DNA of 64,000 bases. Source: Desulfobacterales bacterium. GTDB taxonomy: Bacteria > Desulfobacterota > Desulfobacteria > Desulfobacterales > UBA2174. Location: contig CAXXWC010000013.1 of NCBI GenBank assembly GCA_963668645.2, forward strand, positions 128,001 through 192,000. Direction: 5' to 3'. The position numbers and the translations under genes are program-made. Shown here piece after piece: positions 39,458 through 50,075 of the stretch; the first letter of the stretch is position 1, and each line of letters starts with the position of its first letter. Under the pieces are notes generated by a model. The model was not told the DNA's origin. It saw only the letters and a list, made by a program, of their open reading frames with translations, and did no database searches.

Positions 39458-41394
39458 GGGATGGAAATTTCCTCTCCGGTGCGGGCCGTGCTGTACCCGC
39501 CCAGGGCTTCCACTTGCCGCTGAAAGGCCTCGCTGCGGAGGGTTTCCAGTAAGATTGCGATGGGCCGGCTGTGGAAAAAAGCTTCGGGGATGCAAAGGTC
39601 GTACTGCTCGGTGACCACCGGAATGAAATCCAGATCCAGGGCCCGGGCCGCGGCGTAGATGCCCAACCCCACGTCGGCCGTTCCCCCCAGCACGGCCACG
39701 GCCACGGCCATATGGGTGAACTCTTCGTCGCTATAGCCCCGGATCGCGGACGGATCGATGCCGAGCTGGCCCAGGCGATAGTCGAGCAGGATGCGGGTTC
39801 CCGAACCGCTCTGGCGGTTGATGAAGGTCAGCTCCGGGCGGCACAGATCCTCGATGCTGCGGATTTTTTGGGGATTGCCCCTGGGGACGATCAATCCCTG
39901 GTCGCGCATCACCAGATGCACCAGGCGCACCGGGATGCCGGCCAGGTAGCGTTGGATATAGGACACGTTGTAGCCGCCGGTGCGGGTGTCGAGCAGGTGG
40001 GTGCCGGCCACGTGACATACCCCGCGTTTGATGGCCATCAGGCCACCCATGGATCCCACGTGGCTGGAACTCAGGGTCAGGTCCCCGTGGTCGATGCGGA
40101 TCCGGTCGGCCAGAAGATCCAGGGTGTTGTCGTGGCTGCCCACCACCACGATGGTGTTGTGCACCGACTCGACCGGGCGCAGCAGCTCGGCGGTCACCGG
40201 CTTGTCCGCGTCGAGGCCTTCGCTGTGGTTGGGAATGCGGATGATACCGTGGGCCTCGGTAATCGAGGTGATGGCCCCGGCCCCCCGGGGCAGGGGGGTG
40301 GCCACCACCCGGTCGCCCACCTGGCCGAGCTTGACGCGCACGAACTCTTCGACCCCCAGCTTGGAGGGGATCTTGCGGGTGGGAACCACCGTCAAGGTGG
40401 GCCGCGCCGTGGGCGGCTGGGCCAGCATGGACTGGATCAGGGGGACGACGAACTGCTCGAAGGCGATGATGGCCGATACGGGGTAGCCGGGAATCCCGAT
40501 GACCGGCTTGCCGGTCACCCGGCCGATGAGCACCGGCTTTCCCGGCATGATGGTCACTCCGTGGACCAAAACCTCGCCCAGGGCCGAGACCACGGTCTTG
40601 GCGTAATCGGCCGAGCCGGCCGAGGATCCGCCCACCGTGAGGATCAGGTCGATATCCGAATCCGGGGCCGCCGCGCCGCCCACCACCCCCTGGATGAGGG
40701 CCGGATCGTCCACCAAGCGGTCGTGGCGCACCGGTTCACCCCCCCACTCGGAAACCAGGGCCGCCAGCACGTAGGCGTTGGATTCGAGGACCTGGCCCGG
40801 TTCGAGCACCGGTTCTTGCGGGCCGCGCCAGTCCACCAGCTCCGAACCGGTGGGCACGATCAGCACCCGGGGCCGTTTGCGCACCGGCACCTGGAAGACC
40901 CCGCCGGAGATCAGCGCGCCGACGCAGTAGGGCGTGACCTTGTGGTGGCGGGCGAAAAGCAGCTCGGTGGCCACGATGTCCTCGCCCATCTTGCGCACGT
41001 ACTGCCAGGGAAAGGCCGGGGCGTGGATCTCGATGGTGGTCTCGTCGATGGGTTGGACCTGCTCGATCATGATCACCGCATCGAAGCCCTCAGGCATCAC
41101 GTGGCCGGTGTTGACGTGGACCGCGTCCGTGCCCAGGGCAAGACGCCGGGGCCGGGTTTCACTCGTGCCGAAAGTCGCCGCGGCCCGCACGGCCACCCCG
41201 TCCATGGCCGCCGCATGGAATCCGGGAGAAGAGCGCCGGGCAAATACCGGTGCGGCCAGCACCCTGCCCACCGCCTCTGGGGGCGCCACGGTTTCCACCG
41301 GCCAATGGGGCGGTTCGGGAAACAGGTTTGTGATCAGGTCCCGGGCCTCGGTCAGGGACTTTTTCTTCAGATAAATGTTGCGCTTGAAATCCAT
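39454..41394 (-). CDS. moeA: MoeA fused to C-terminal substrate-binding (PBP) domain
   Basis: AAMDGVA, TGSEL, GGSSAG, MPGKP, GIPGYPVS; C-terminal GSHD, GSMGG, NRQSGSGTR. Confidence 0.92.
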   Translation of the reverse strand: MDFKRNIYLKKKSLTEARDLITNLFPEPPHWPVETVAPPEAVGRVLAAPVFARRSSPGFHAAAMDGVAVRAAATFGTSETRPRRLALGTDAVHVNTGHVMPEGFDAVIMIEQVQPIDETTIEIHAPAFPWQYVRKMGEDIVATELLFARHHKVTPYCVGALISGGVFQVPVRKRPRVLIVPTGSELVDWRGPQEPVLEPGQVLESNAYVLAALVSEWGGEPVRHDRLVDDPALIQGVVGGAAAPDSDIDLILTVGGSSAGSADYAKTVVSALGEVLVHGVTIMPGKPVLIGRVTGKPVIGIPGYPVSAIIAFEQFVVPLIQSMLAQPPTARPTLTVVPTRKIPSKLGVEEFVRVKLGQVGDRVVATPLPRGAGAITSITEAHGIIRIPNHSEGLDADKPVTAELLRPVESVHNTIVVVGSHDNTLDLLADRIRIDHGDLTLSSSHVGSMGGLMAIKRGVCHVAGTHLLDTRTGGYNVSYIQRYLAGIPVRLVHLVMRDQGLIVPRGNPQKIRSIEDLCRPELTFINRQSGSGTRILLDYRLGQLGIDPSAIRGYSDEEFTHMAVAVAVLGGTADVGLGIYAAARALDLDFIPVVTEQYDLCIPEAFFHSRPIAILLETLRSEAFQRQVEALGGYSTARTGEEISIP

Positions 41395-42644
41395 CACATC
41401 TCCCATTGAAAGGAACCGGCGTTAAAAAGACGCACCGCCACAGGTTCGCCCTGTTCCATTCCTTCGGTGTTCATGTCGATGGCAATCAGTCCATCGGCCT
41501 GAGTCATGGTGCGGATCAGACCGGATTTGCCCAGGATCGGCTCGGCCCAGGTTTTTCCCTGGCGGTTGACCAGGCGTACCCTGACGAAATCGACCCGCCC
41601 CGCCGCCGATTCGATGTTGCGGCTCAACAGCGCCGGAATCGGTGGGCGGCTTTTGTCCGCAGCCCCGCAAAGCCTGTCGAGAAAGGGGCGTACCACGGCG
41701 CTGAACACCACCATGGCCGAAGTGACATGGCCGGGCAAGCCCCAGACCGGCTTGGGGCCGCAGAAAGCCAGGATGGTCGGTTTACCCGGACTGATGGTGA
41801 TGCCGTGGACCCGGATCTGGGCCTCGTCCAGGCTGGTGAAGGCTTCTACCGTGTAGTCGCGCATGCCCACCGAGCTGCCCCCCGAGACCAGAAGCATGTC
41901 GGTTTCGGCCACCGCCTGGCGGCAGACCGCCTTGAGCTTGCCGGGCTGGTCGGCCACGATGCCATAGCTTTTGGGCACCGCACCGGCCTGCCGGACAAGA
42001 TCCGAGAGGGTGTAGGTATTCATGTCGCGGATCTGGCCGGGTGCCGGATTTCTGTCCACAGGCACGATTTCGTCGCCGGTGGAGACGATGCCCACCGTGG
42101 GCCGGGTATAAACCTTGACCGCGGTGCGGCCCAGGGCCGCCAGGATTCCCGCGTCCTGGGGGCGCATGCGGTGCCCGGCGGGCAGGGCGGTCTCGCCCTG
42201 GGCCAGGTCTTCACCGGCTTCGATAACGTGCTGGCCCGGAGCGACGCTGCGGTAGACTTCAATGGTGGTCTCGTCCAGGATGCCGCTATGCTCGACCATG
42301 ACCACGGCGTCGGCGCCGGGGGGGAGCATCCCACCGGTGGCGATTTGCATGGCCTCACCGGGGCCGACGGCCGGGGACGGGACTTGTCCCATGGCCACCT
42401 TGCCGACCACCTCGATATAGGCCGGGTTGGCTTCCGAGGCCCCGAAGGTGCTGGCCGCGGCCACTGCATAGCCGTCCATGGTGGTGCGGGCAAAGGGCGG
42501 AACCGGGGTGTCTGCGGTTATCGGTTCGGCCAGCACCCGGCCCAGGATTCGGTCCAAAGGGCAGGGTTCCACGGCCACCGGCCGTACTTGCCCGGCCAGC
42601 GCCAGGACCTCGGCCAGTTCGGTCACCTTGAAAAACGGTTTCAT
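41394..42644 (-). CDS. moeA: Molybdopterin molybdotransferase MoeA
   Basis: TMDGYAV, TGGMLPPGADAVVMVE, STGDE, SGGSSVG, PGKP, GLPGH. Confidence 0.94.
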   Translation of the reverse strand: MKPFFKVTELAEVLALAGQVRPVAVEPCPLDRILGRVLAEPITADTPVPPFARTTMDGYAVAAASTFGASEANPAYIEVVGKVAMGQVPSPAVGPGEAMQIATGGMLPPGADAVVMVEHSGILDETTIEVYRSVAPGQHVIEAGEDLAQGETALPAGHRMRPQDAGILAALGRTAVKVYTRPTVGIVSTGDEIVPVDRNPAPGQIRDMNTYTLSDLVRQAGAVPKSYGIVADQPGKLKAVCRQAVAETDMLLVSGGSSVGMRDYTVEAFTSLDEAQIRVHGITISPGKPTILAFCGPKPVWGLPGHVTSAMVVFSAVVRPFLDRLCGAADKSRPPIPALLSRNIESAAGRVDFVRVRLVNRQGKTWAEPILGKSGLIRTMTQADGLIAIDMNTEGMEQGEPVAVRLFNAGSFQWEM

Positions 42645-43110
42645 CCATCCGCCTCGATTCGTTTTGGCGATTCATTACGGGCATCCCGATGGTTTGGAAT
42701 ATACTACAGGCTCCCGGGCCTCTCAACCCAATCGGATCGGAAACGGGCGGACCGGATCGGCAGCCGCATCCAGGGAATCTTCAACGAACACCAGGTGGCA
42801 TGGCCGGACTTGTCCGGCGTTCCAACCCGGCCGTGGCCCGCAATGGCGCCGTTGGCCTAAGGTAATTGGCCTGCTTATATGATTCAATGCCTAGGATAAT
42901 CCCTTGGGGCGATTGTCGGTGATTCGTTCGCTTTTGGTTTTGCATCAGCTATCCATTGGAAGCGATGCTAAAAGTATCGAAGGCGTTTTGCAGGTTGCAG
43001 ATGATGGGCAGGTGCGCCATTTGACGCTTGCAATTCTAACTTGCCGGGGATATCCAGCTTCGGTGGCTCGCAAAGGGATTGAGTCCCTGGTATTGGCAGA
43101 ATTCTATTAG

Positions 43111-43303
43111 GGCGCACTGCACCTGCTGCTGACCGGTGTGGTCATGCCGCAATCAACGGCAGGCAGAGCTTTTCAACCGAATATCGGCAAAGCATCCGAC
43201 ACTAAAGGTCCTCTATATGCCTGGCTACACGGACGAAATGGTCGCGCACCAAAGTGTTTTGAACCAAGCGGTGCATTTTATCCGGGAGCCGTTTACCATT
43301 CAG
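43111..43303 (+). pseudogene. Frameshifted receiver-domain remnant
   Basis: HLLLTGVVMP then, in another frame, KVLYMPGYTDEMVAH...VHFIREPFT; resembles the C-terminal REC of 13500-16040. Confidence 0.7.
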
Positions 43304-43404
43304 GGGGATGATGGCCGAGGTACGACAAGTGCTGAGGGAGTGAGGGAGCCCAGCCGATCATCCGCCCTGCGGATCGGGCGATGCTGAAATAAGAACACCA
43401 ACGC

Positions 43405-46101
43405 ATGAAGCCAACCGACAGCCGTTCTACGCTTGTCGCTGTAATGGTCATCAACGACATTCCCCGGCGCGATTTTTTGACCCGCCTGCTGGAAAACGCC
43501 GAGCTGAAAGTGTTTTCTTTTTCCGATGCGGCCCAGGCCCTTGCCCACATGGCGCGGCAGGTCCCGCCGGCGCTGATCGTCGCCGGACCGGACCTGCCGG
43601 GCATTGAGACGGTAAGCGCGCTTCTCGAAGGCCGTGGCGCCGCGGCGATGCCTCGCCCCTTCGACCCGGGTCCCGCATCCAGCCCCGGGCAAGCGATGGG
43701 GCGCGGAAAGGAAAGGCCCGCGACCGGCGTGCGGCGATTGGGCCGCAGGGAAATTTACAAACGCGCTTTACAGAGAATAAAGGCGGCGCAATCGGCAACC
43801 TTGCAAAAAAAGTCCGAAGAGCGGCGCCTGCTGCTGGACACCATCGACACCCAGATCTGGTACCTGGCCGACTTTGAAACCTATGGTGCCGTCAACCGCG
43901 CACATGCCGCGTTTCTAGGTTGCCATCCCCGGGATATCGCCTACAAGAAACTGGAAGCCGTCGTTTCCAAAGAGGTTGCCGCAGGGCGCAAAGCCGTCAA
44001 CGCCGAGGTTTTTCAAAGCGGGCGGGCGCTGCAAACCGAAGCGTGGATGCCCAACGCCAAGGGCGAGCTGCGTCTGATTCGAATTACCAGAACGCCGAAA
44101 CTGGATCAAAACGGCCGGGTCAAGTTCGTGGTCTGCGCCGCAACGGATATCACCGAGCTGCGCCGCTCGGAAGAGCGTTTCCGGCGCATCTTTGAAAATG
44201 CCCCCATCGGTATCGCGTTTCACGACCGAAGGGGCAGGTTGTCGATGATCAACCGCGCCGCAATCGACATCTTCGGTATCGTCGACCCGGAGGAACTTGC
44301 CGGATTCAACCTTTTTTCCAGTCCGAATGTCGGTGAAGGCAAAGCGTCTGCATTAGCGAAAGGCCAAACGATAAGCTATGAACGCCGGTTCGATTTTGAG
44401 CAGATCCGCCAAGCCGATTTGTTTCGAACGGCGAAAACCGGCGCCATCGACGTGAATGTGCAGATCCGGCCCTTGGGCCGAACGGATACGGGGTGCCCCT
44501 CGGGCTACCTGGTGCTGACGGAGGACGTATCCGAACGCAATCGGCTTCAACGCCAGCTGGCCCAAAACGAACAGCAACTGCGCAATATCGTGGAACACAG
44601 CACCAACCTCTTTTATACCCATACGCCGGACCGGCTGCTGACCTACATCAGCCCCCAGGTCGAGGAGATTTTCGGCTACACGCCCCAGGAAGCCACGGCC
44701 AGATGGGCCGAACTGATCACCGAAAACCCGGCCAACGTCAGGGGGATGGAGATCCGCCAACAGGCCATCGACTCCGGCCAGGCCCAGCCACCCTACGAGT
44801 TGGAGCTGCGGCATAAAAACAAGCGGCCCGTATGGGTGGAAATCCGCGAGGCCCCCGTGGTCGAAAACGGCCGTACCGTGGCCATCGTCGGTTCATGCAC
44901 CGACATCACGGCCCGCCGCCAGGCCGAAACGATGCTTCGGGCAAGCGAGGCCCGGTACCGGCTTCTGGCCCAAAACGTCAGGGATATCATCTGGGTACGG
45001 GATTTGGCGCTGAATTTGATTTATGTCAGCCCCTCGATTGAGGGGGTGCTCGGTTACACGCCCCAAGAGATGAGGCGCCAGCCCATGGAAGCGATTTATA
45101 CCGAAGAGTCGGCCAAGAGGGCGGCGCTTTTGTTCGCCGGAATGCTTGAAGCCCAAAGAGCCGGCGGCGACCAGACCCAGGAAAACTATACGGTCGAACT
45201 GGAATACCGCTGCAAGGATGGGCACACGATATTGATGGAGGACAGGCTTTCCTGGTTGTACGACCCTCGCGGCAACTGCACCGGAATCCTCGGTGTCAAC
45301 CGGGACATTACCGAACGGCGCAGGATGCAAAAGGAGCGCTTGGACCTGGAGCGGCGGATTCAGCAGATTCAAAAGACCGAAAGCCTCGAGCGCATGGCTG
45401 CGGCCATCGCCCACAAGTTCAACAATTATCTAGCGGGGATTTTGGGCAATCTGGAACTTGCCGGAGAAGTCCTGCCGCCGGGGTCGGCGGCGGGGGCCTA
45501 TCTGGAGGAAGCCGCCGGTGCGGCGCGCCGGGCGACAAGCATCGGTGAAGCGATGCTCACCTATCTGGGCCATATGCCGGCACCGCCCGAACCGGTCGAT
45601 CTGGCGTCCGTCTGTCAAAAAACGATAGCCGAATGGCGTTTTGCTCTTCCGCCTACCATTGCCCTGGCCGCCAAGTTTCCCGACTCCGGGCCGGTCATTC
45701 TGGCCGGTGCCGAACGGGTCCGGGAGGTGTTGAACAATGTGCTGACCAACGCCCGGGAGGCCATCGGTTGTGAAAGCGGCTTCATCCGGGTCCGGCTCTG
45801 CACTTTGGACGGGTCTCAAATTGATGAAGCGCACCTTTTCCCCATCGATTTTGCGCCGCAGGCGGGCAGTTACGCATGTTTGGAAGTCGCCAACAGCGGG
45901 ACCCCGATTTGCGAAACGGAGGTCGATAAGCTTTTCGATCCTTTCTACACCACCAAATTCATCGGTCGAGGACTCGGCCTGCCGGTGGTTCTGGGGGCGG
46001 TGGAGGTGGATCGGGGCGCGGTGGCCGTGACCAGCGATGCCGCCGGTCGAACCATTTTTCGGATTTTCTGGCCAACCGATGGCGGGCATGGATTGAAATG
46101 A
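43405..46101 (+). CDS. Cytoplasmic multi-PAS histidine kinase with degenerate N-terminal receiver
   Basis: Four PAS/PAC units ending DITE, DVSE, DITA, DITE; IAHKFNN H-box; FDPFYTTK; GRGLGL. Confidence 0.88.
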   Translation: MKPTDSRSTLVAVMVINDIPRRDFLTRLLENAELKVFSFSDAAQALAHMARQVPPALIVAGPDLPGIETVSALLEGRGAAAMPRPFDPGPASSPGQAMGRGKERPATGVRRLGRREIYKRALQRIKAAQSATLQKKSEERRLLLDTIDTQIWYLADFETYGAVNRAHAAFLGCHPRDIAYKKLEAVVSKEVAAGRKAVNAEVFQSGRALQTEAWMPNAKGELRLIRITRTPKLDQNGRVKFVVCAATDITELRRSEERFRRIFENAPIGIAFHDRRGRLSMINRAAIDIFGIVDPEELAGFNLFSSPNVGEGKASALAKGQTISYERRFDFEQIRQADLFRTAKTGAIDVNVQIRPLGRTDTGCPSGYLVLTEDVSERNRLQRQLAQNEQQLRNIVEHSTNLFYTHTPDRLLTYISPQVEEIFGYTPQEATARWAELITENPANVRGMEIRQQAIDSGQAQPPYELELRHKNKRPVWVEIREAPVVENGRTVAIVGSCTDITARRQAETMLRASEARYRLLAQNVRDIIWVRDLALNLIYVSPSIEGVLGYTPQEMRRQPMEAIYTEESAKRAALLFAGMLEAQRAGGDQTQENYTVELEYRCKDGHTILMEDRLSWLYDPRGNCTGILGVNRDITERRRMQKERLDLERRIQQIQKTESLERMAAAIAHKFNNYLAGILGNLELAGEVLPPGSAAGAYLEEAAGAARRATSIGEAMLTYLGHMPAPPEPVDLASVCQKTIAEWRFALPPTIALAAKFPDSGPVILAGAERVREVLNNVLTNAREAIGCESGFIRVRLCTLDGSQIDEAHLFPIDFAPQAGSYACLEVANSGTPICETEVDKLFDPFYTTKFIGRGLGLPVVLGAVEVDRGAVAVTSDAAGRTIFRIFWPTDGGHGLK

Positions 46102-47192
46102 AAAAGGATGGCGAAATGAGCGGCGGCTTTTTCCTGCGCGGGGAGATTACCGCCCAGGATTGCAATGAGCAGATTTACGCCCGCATCCTTGAAACCTCCA
46201 TGGACGGATTCTGGCTGGTGAACCATGAGGGCCGCATCATAGAAGCCAATGAGGCCGCCGCGCGGATGGCCGGATACAGCCGCGATGAGATGCGCCACCT
46301 GCACACCAGCGACATCGAAGTCCATCAGTCCGCGCAAATGAAGGGCGAAAGCATAGACACGGCGATGACCATGGGTATCGAACGATTCGAGACCATTCAC
46401 CGGCGCAAAGACGGCACCGTCATCGCGGTGACGGTCAGTTGCCGCCGTCTTCGGATGGACGGTGGGTTGATCGCGGTTTTTGTGCACGATATGACCGGCC
46501 GCAAGATGTTGGAAGAAAAATTGATTCGTTCTGCGGAGTACCAACAAAAAAGACTCGCCCAGGAACTGCACGATGGATTGTGCCAGGATCTGAAGAGCCT
46601 GGAGTTCGAGGCGACCATCCTCGAAGACTTGCTGGTGGGCCGCGATTCAACAGCGGCGGCCCGAGTCGCGGTGATCGGCCTCCAGGCCAACCGCGCCGTT
46701 CGTACCCTTTATGCCATCATGCACGGATTGCTGCCGCCCGGTCTGAAGGCCGCGCGGTTTGCCACCGCCATCGATGCCCTGGCGCGTGGCGCGGAGGCCG
46801 ATGGCGGTCTTCACATCGAACGCCGGATCCAGGATGCACTCGAAGCGCCCGGCGACCAGGCTGCCTATCAGTTGTACCGTATTGCCCAGGAGGCCCTGGG
46901 AAACGCCTTGCACCATGCCAAGGCCGGTTCGGTCTCGATCGTTTGGGAGATGGACGAGGGGCAGCTTGTGCTTGCGGTCGAGGACGATGGCGTGGGATTT
47001 GACATTAAAAAGGCCCGTTCTGCGTGCACAGGGATGGGGCTGATGGTTATGCGGTCACGGGCCAACGCCATCGGTGCCGCCTTCGATATTCAAAGCCGGC
47101 CCGGCAAAGGGACCTGGGTGCAGGTGAGGTGTGATGCCTGGCAGGCGATTTTGTGCAAGGCATCACTGCTGGAAGTGCTGCGTAAGGGATAG
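46098..47192 (+). CDS. PAS sensor kinase, HisKA_3 (NarX/UhpB-type)
   Basis: AQELHDGLCQ, QEALGNALHHA, DDGVGF, GMGL; ATGA overlap. Confidence 0.9.
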   Translation: MKKDGEMSGGFFLRGEITAQDCNEQIYARILETSMDGFWLVNHEGRIIEANEAAARMAGYSRDEMRHLHTSDIEVHQSAQMKGESIDTAMTMGIERFETIHRRKDGTVIAVTVSCRRLRMDGGLIAVFVHDMTGRKMLEEKLIRSAEYQQKRLAQELHDGLCQDLKSLEFEATILEDLLVGRDSTAAARVAVIGLQANRAVRTLYAIMHGLLPPGLKAARFATAIDALARGAEADGGLHIERRIQDALEAPGDQAAYQLYRIAQEALGNALHHAKAGSVSIVWEMDEGQLVLAVEDDGVGFDIKKARSACTGMGLMVMRSRANAIGAAFDIQSRPGKGTWVQVRCDAWQAILCKASLLEVLRKG

Positions 47193-47222
47193 AAGGGCCG
47201 CTTTTTTGATATAAGGACCGCC

Positions 47223-47885
47223 ATGGGGAAGATACGAATCCTGATTATCGACGATCACCCGGCCATGCGTCACGGGTTGGCGAGGCTGATTGAAACGGAA
47301 GCGGACTTGGAAATCATCGGGGAGGCCGGAAACCGAAGCGAGGCGCTGGCGGCGGCCGAGCGCCAACGACCGGACCTGGTCATCCTAGACCTTGCGCTAA
47401 ACGATTCGGTGGCCGCCGGAATCGATATGATCGCAGAGGTCCGTTCTTTGGCCGAGACGGTGCCGATCCTGGTCTACTCGATGCACGACGAATCGATCTA
47501 CGCCGAACGCGCCCTGCACGCCGGGGCCTGCGGCTACCTGATGAAACAGGCGCCGGTGCGCCAGGTTATCGAGGCGGTTCGCAGCATAATGAATCACGGT
47601 ATCTATGTCAGCGCGGAAATGACGCGCCGCCTGTTGATGGGGCATGTGGGGGCCCGCAAGGAGCCCCAAAAGTGCTCTTCACCGCAGGAATGCCTCTCCG
47701 AGCGCGAGTTCGAGGTGTTCCGGATGGTCGGTTACGGGTGGCCGCCGCGTGAAATCGCCGAAAAGCTGTGTCTGAGCGTCAAGACAGTGGAGTCCCACCG
47801 AACCAATATCCGCCGAAAGCTCGACCTGGACGATGCCGCCGAATTGACCAAGTTCGCCGTGGCCTGGGTCCACCGCACCGACTGA
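47223..47885 (+). CDS. NarL/LuxR-family response regulator
   Basis: IIDDHP, ILDL, SMH; LSEREFEV...LSVKTVESHR HTH. Confidence 0.94.
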   Translation: MGKIRILIIDDHPAMRHGLARLIETEADLEIIGEAGNRSEALAAAERQRPDLVILDLALNDSVAAGIDMIAEVRSLAETVPILVYSMHDESIYAERALHAGACGYLMKQAPVRQVIEAVRSIMNHGIYVSAEMTRRLLMGHVGARKEPQKCSSPQECLSEREFEVFRMVGYGWPPREIAEKLCLSVKTVESHRTNIRRKLDLDDAAELTKFAVAWVHRTD

Positions 47886-48214
47886 CGGTTTCGTTTTTTT
47901 CAAATTTGGGCCCCCGGGCTCACAGCAATGGCCTCGGCCTTCATTCAAACGTGGCATGACCGTGCCAATGGCTGAGACGAAATACAATTCCTGTCTTAAA
48001 AGAAGGTCTTCAGTCAATTGTCCCACCAATTCCGGTCCGCGGTCAGGGTAATCTCCGGGATGCCCTGACGGCAGATTGTCTGGTTTTAGTCTCTTTTAGC
48101 CTCCACAGAAAATATTGCTTCGCATTTTTAGATGCAGCCTAGTACATTTTCCCCACGCTAAAGAAGCTTGTACTTCGTTTTCAACGATCATATCGAGATG
48201 TTGGGGGTGTCCAA

Positions 48215-48895
48215 ATGTGGGATAACGACAAATGTTTCTCGTCCAATCTTTTGCATAGGATCGGGTGTTGTACGGCTCTATGGCTTTTGCTGGTTTTTGC
48301 GATGGTATGGCTCGCTGCGCCGGCGGCGCTGGCCAACGGTCTTTTCGAGGATAATTCCTGGCAGTTTGAAACGACGGCCGACCGGGCCAACAAGGCCGTC
48401 GTTCTGGATCTGATCCTGAAGCAGAAAGCCGGGGCTTACAACTACAGCTATACCAACACCAACACGATTAACTATAACATTGACGGGGACTATATCGATT
48501 GCAACATGACGTCCCAGGCCACCGGCAACTCCGGGAGCGTCTCCCAGGATGCGCCGGTGGGATCTCCGTCCATTACGGTAGATTCGACCACCTCATCTTC
48601 GACCACGGGAAACTCAGGCACCGGTACGGTCACGGCCGGAGGCAATTCGTCCAGCACCGATGGGGACGACAGCAGCGCTTCGGCCGATGGCACCAACACG
48701 GTCAGCAACAACCAGAGCAATGACGGCAGCAGCCAGAGTTCCTCGGCCGATGGCAACAGTTTTTCATCCACTGTCTCCGAGGTTTCAGGAAGCGGGGGAG
48801 AGGCCAGCGTCGCGCTGAATTCATCCCAGTCCGTGGACAACACCACCGTTTCATCCACCATTTCCAACAGTGACGTCTGTCGCTTTCAACAGTGA
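48215..48895 (+). CDS. Secreted Ser/Thr/Asn-rich protein, HfaA/nucleator-like position
   Basis: Signal peptide ending PAALA; low-complexity body with ATGN/TTGN motifs; two Cys in the mature part. Confidence 0.65.
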   Translation: MWDNDKCFSSNLLHRIGCCTALWLLLVFAMVWLAAPAALANGLFEDNSWQFETTADRANKAVVLDLILKQKAGAYNYSYTNTNTINYNIDGDYIDCNMTSQATGNSGSVSQDAPVGSPSITVDSTTSSSTTGNSGTGTVTAGGNSSSTDGDDSSASADGTNTVSNNQSNDGSSQSSSADGNSFSSTVSEVSGSGGEASVALNSSQSVDNTTVSSTISNSDVCRFQQ

Positions 48896-48907
48896 GGGGA
48901 GTTGGTA

Positions 48908-49933
48908 ATGCGCCTTATCTTGTCGCTGTTATGCACAGCATTGTTGACTACAGGATGCGCCGGTATCCGGATGCAGACCCTGTCTTCCGGTGAGGCCCCG
49001 GTGGTCGTCGGCCCGGCGGTGCGCGCCAACAGGACCCCACTGGACTCGGCCATGGCCTGCTACAATCAGCTTCTTGCCGCCAAGTTGGGCGGCAAGAAGC
49101 TGCAAATCGCCGTGGGCGAAGTCAAGGACTATACCGGAAAGCTTTCCGATTCCCAGGGTACGGCGGTCACCCAGGGCGGATCGCTGATGCTTTTTTCCGG
49201 TCTTTACAAGCTCAAGGATGCGGTGACGATCCATGACCGTTTCGACATGCGGGTTACCGACGCGGAACTCAAGTATATCGGCCGCAGGCAGCTCGGAGAC
49301 GGCCAAAACCATGAGGTCGGCGGCAAGAAGGTGCCGTGGATGCCTTACTTCGGGGGCTCGATCAAGAAGTCGGATTACGCGATTCTCGGCGGGATTACCG
49401 AGGTCAATTACAACATTCAATCCGGTGGCGCCGAAGTGCGGGTCAACCAGGTCGGGCCTGCTGCGCGCGTGTATACGTTGAACGTGGCCACCGACCTGCG
49501 CATGATCAAGACCCAGACCCTCGAAGTGGTTTCGGCGATCAGTCTGCAAAAGCAGTTCACCGGGTACGAGGTGGGATTCGAGACCTACAGGTTTTACGAT
49601 CTGTTCGGTGACAGTGATCTTTTGGACATCAATATCGGCAACAAGAGCCAGGAGCCGATGCAGTTGGGCATCAGGGCCATTATCGAAGAGTCGATTCTGA
49701 AGCTGATCGCCGATGCCACCGGTGTTTCCTGCGAGGACTGCTTGCCCAAGGTCTGGCGCTATCCAGAGGAGGCGGCACCTGCGATTGACGGCGGCCAGAA
49801 CGGGCAGGGCGCCGAGGCGAATCCATCGGTAATGGCGGATGATGCAACGGAAGCCAAGAATGACAAGGAGACACCGTTGAACCTGAAAGGCAACGGGGCT
49901 CAAAAGGGCAATGGCGACACAAAGCCGGAATGA
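48908..49933 (+). CDS. CsgG/HfaB-family outer-membrane lipoprotein
   Basis: Lipobox LTTGC; IAVGEVKDYTGK, AVTQG, GGITEVNYNIQSGG, DLRMIKTQTLEV, LQKQ, QEPMQLGIRAIIE. Confidence 0.85.
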   Translation: MRLILSLLCTALLTTGCAGIRMQTLSSGEAPVVVGPAVRANRTPLDSAMACYNQLLAAKLGGKKLQIAVGEVKDYTGKLSDSQGTAVTQGGSLMLFSGLYKLKDAVTIHDRFDMRVTDAELKYIGRRQLGDGQNHEVGGKKVPWMPYFGGSIKKSDYAILGGITEVNYNIQSGGAEVRVNQVGPAARVYTLNVATDLRMIKTQTLEVVSAISLQKQFTGYEVGFETYRFYDLFGDSDLLDINIGNKSQEPMQLGIRAIIEESILKLIADATGVSCEDCLPKVWRYPEEAAPAIDGGQNGQGAEANPSVMADDATEAKNDKETPLNLKGNGAQKGNGDTKPE

Positions 49934-50075
49934 GGCATGGCGCGCAGGCGTTTTGAAAAGCGTCAGGCGCGACAAGGTCGTAACAGATCTGAAAGTGACG
50001 CCAAGTCATTTCAGTCTTTTTCTATTTTTTAATTTTAAATAATTTTAAATCACCGATCAAATCAGGAGAATCGAC

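Noticed and set aside
47952..47967. Sigma54 promoter tggcatgaccgtgcca
   Set aside because: GG-to-GC spacing is one base short of consensus.
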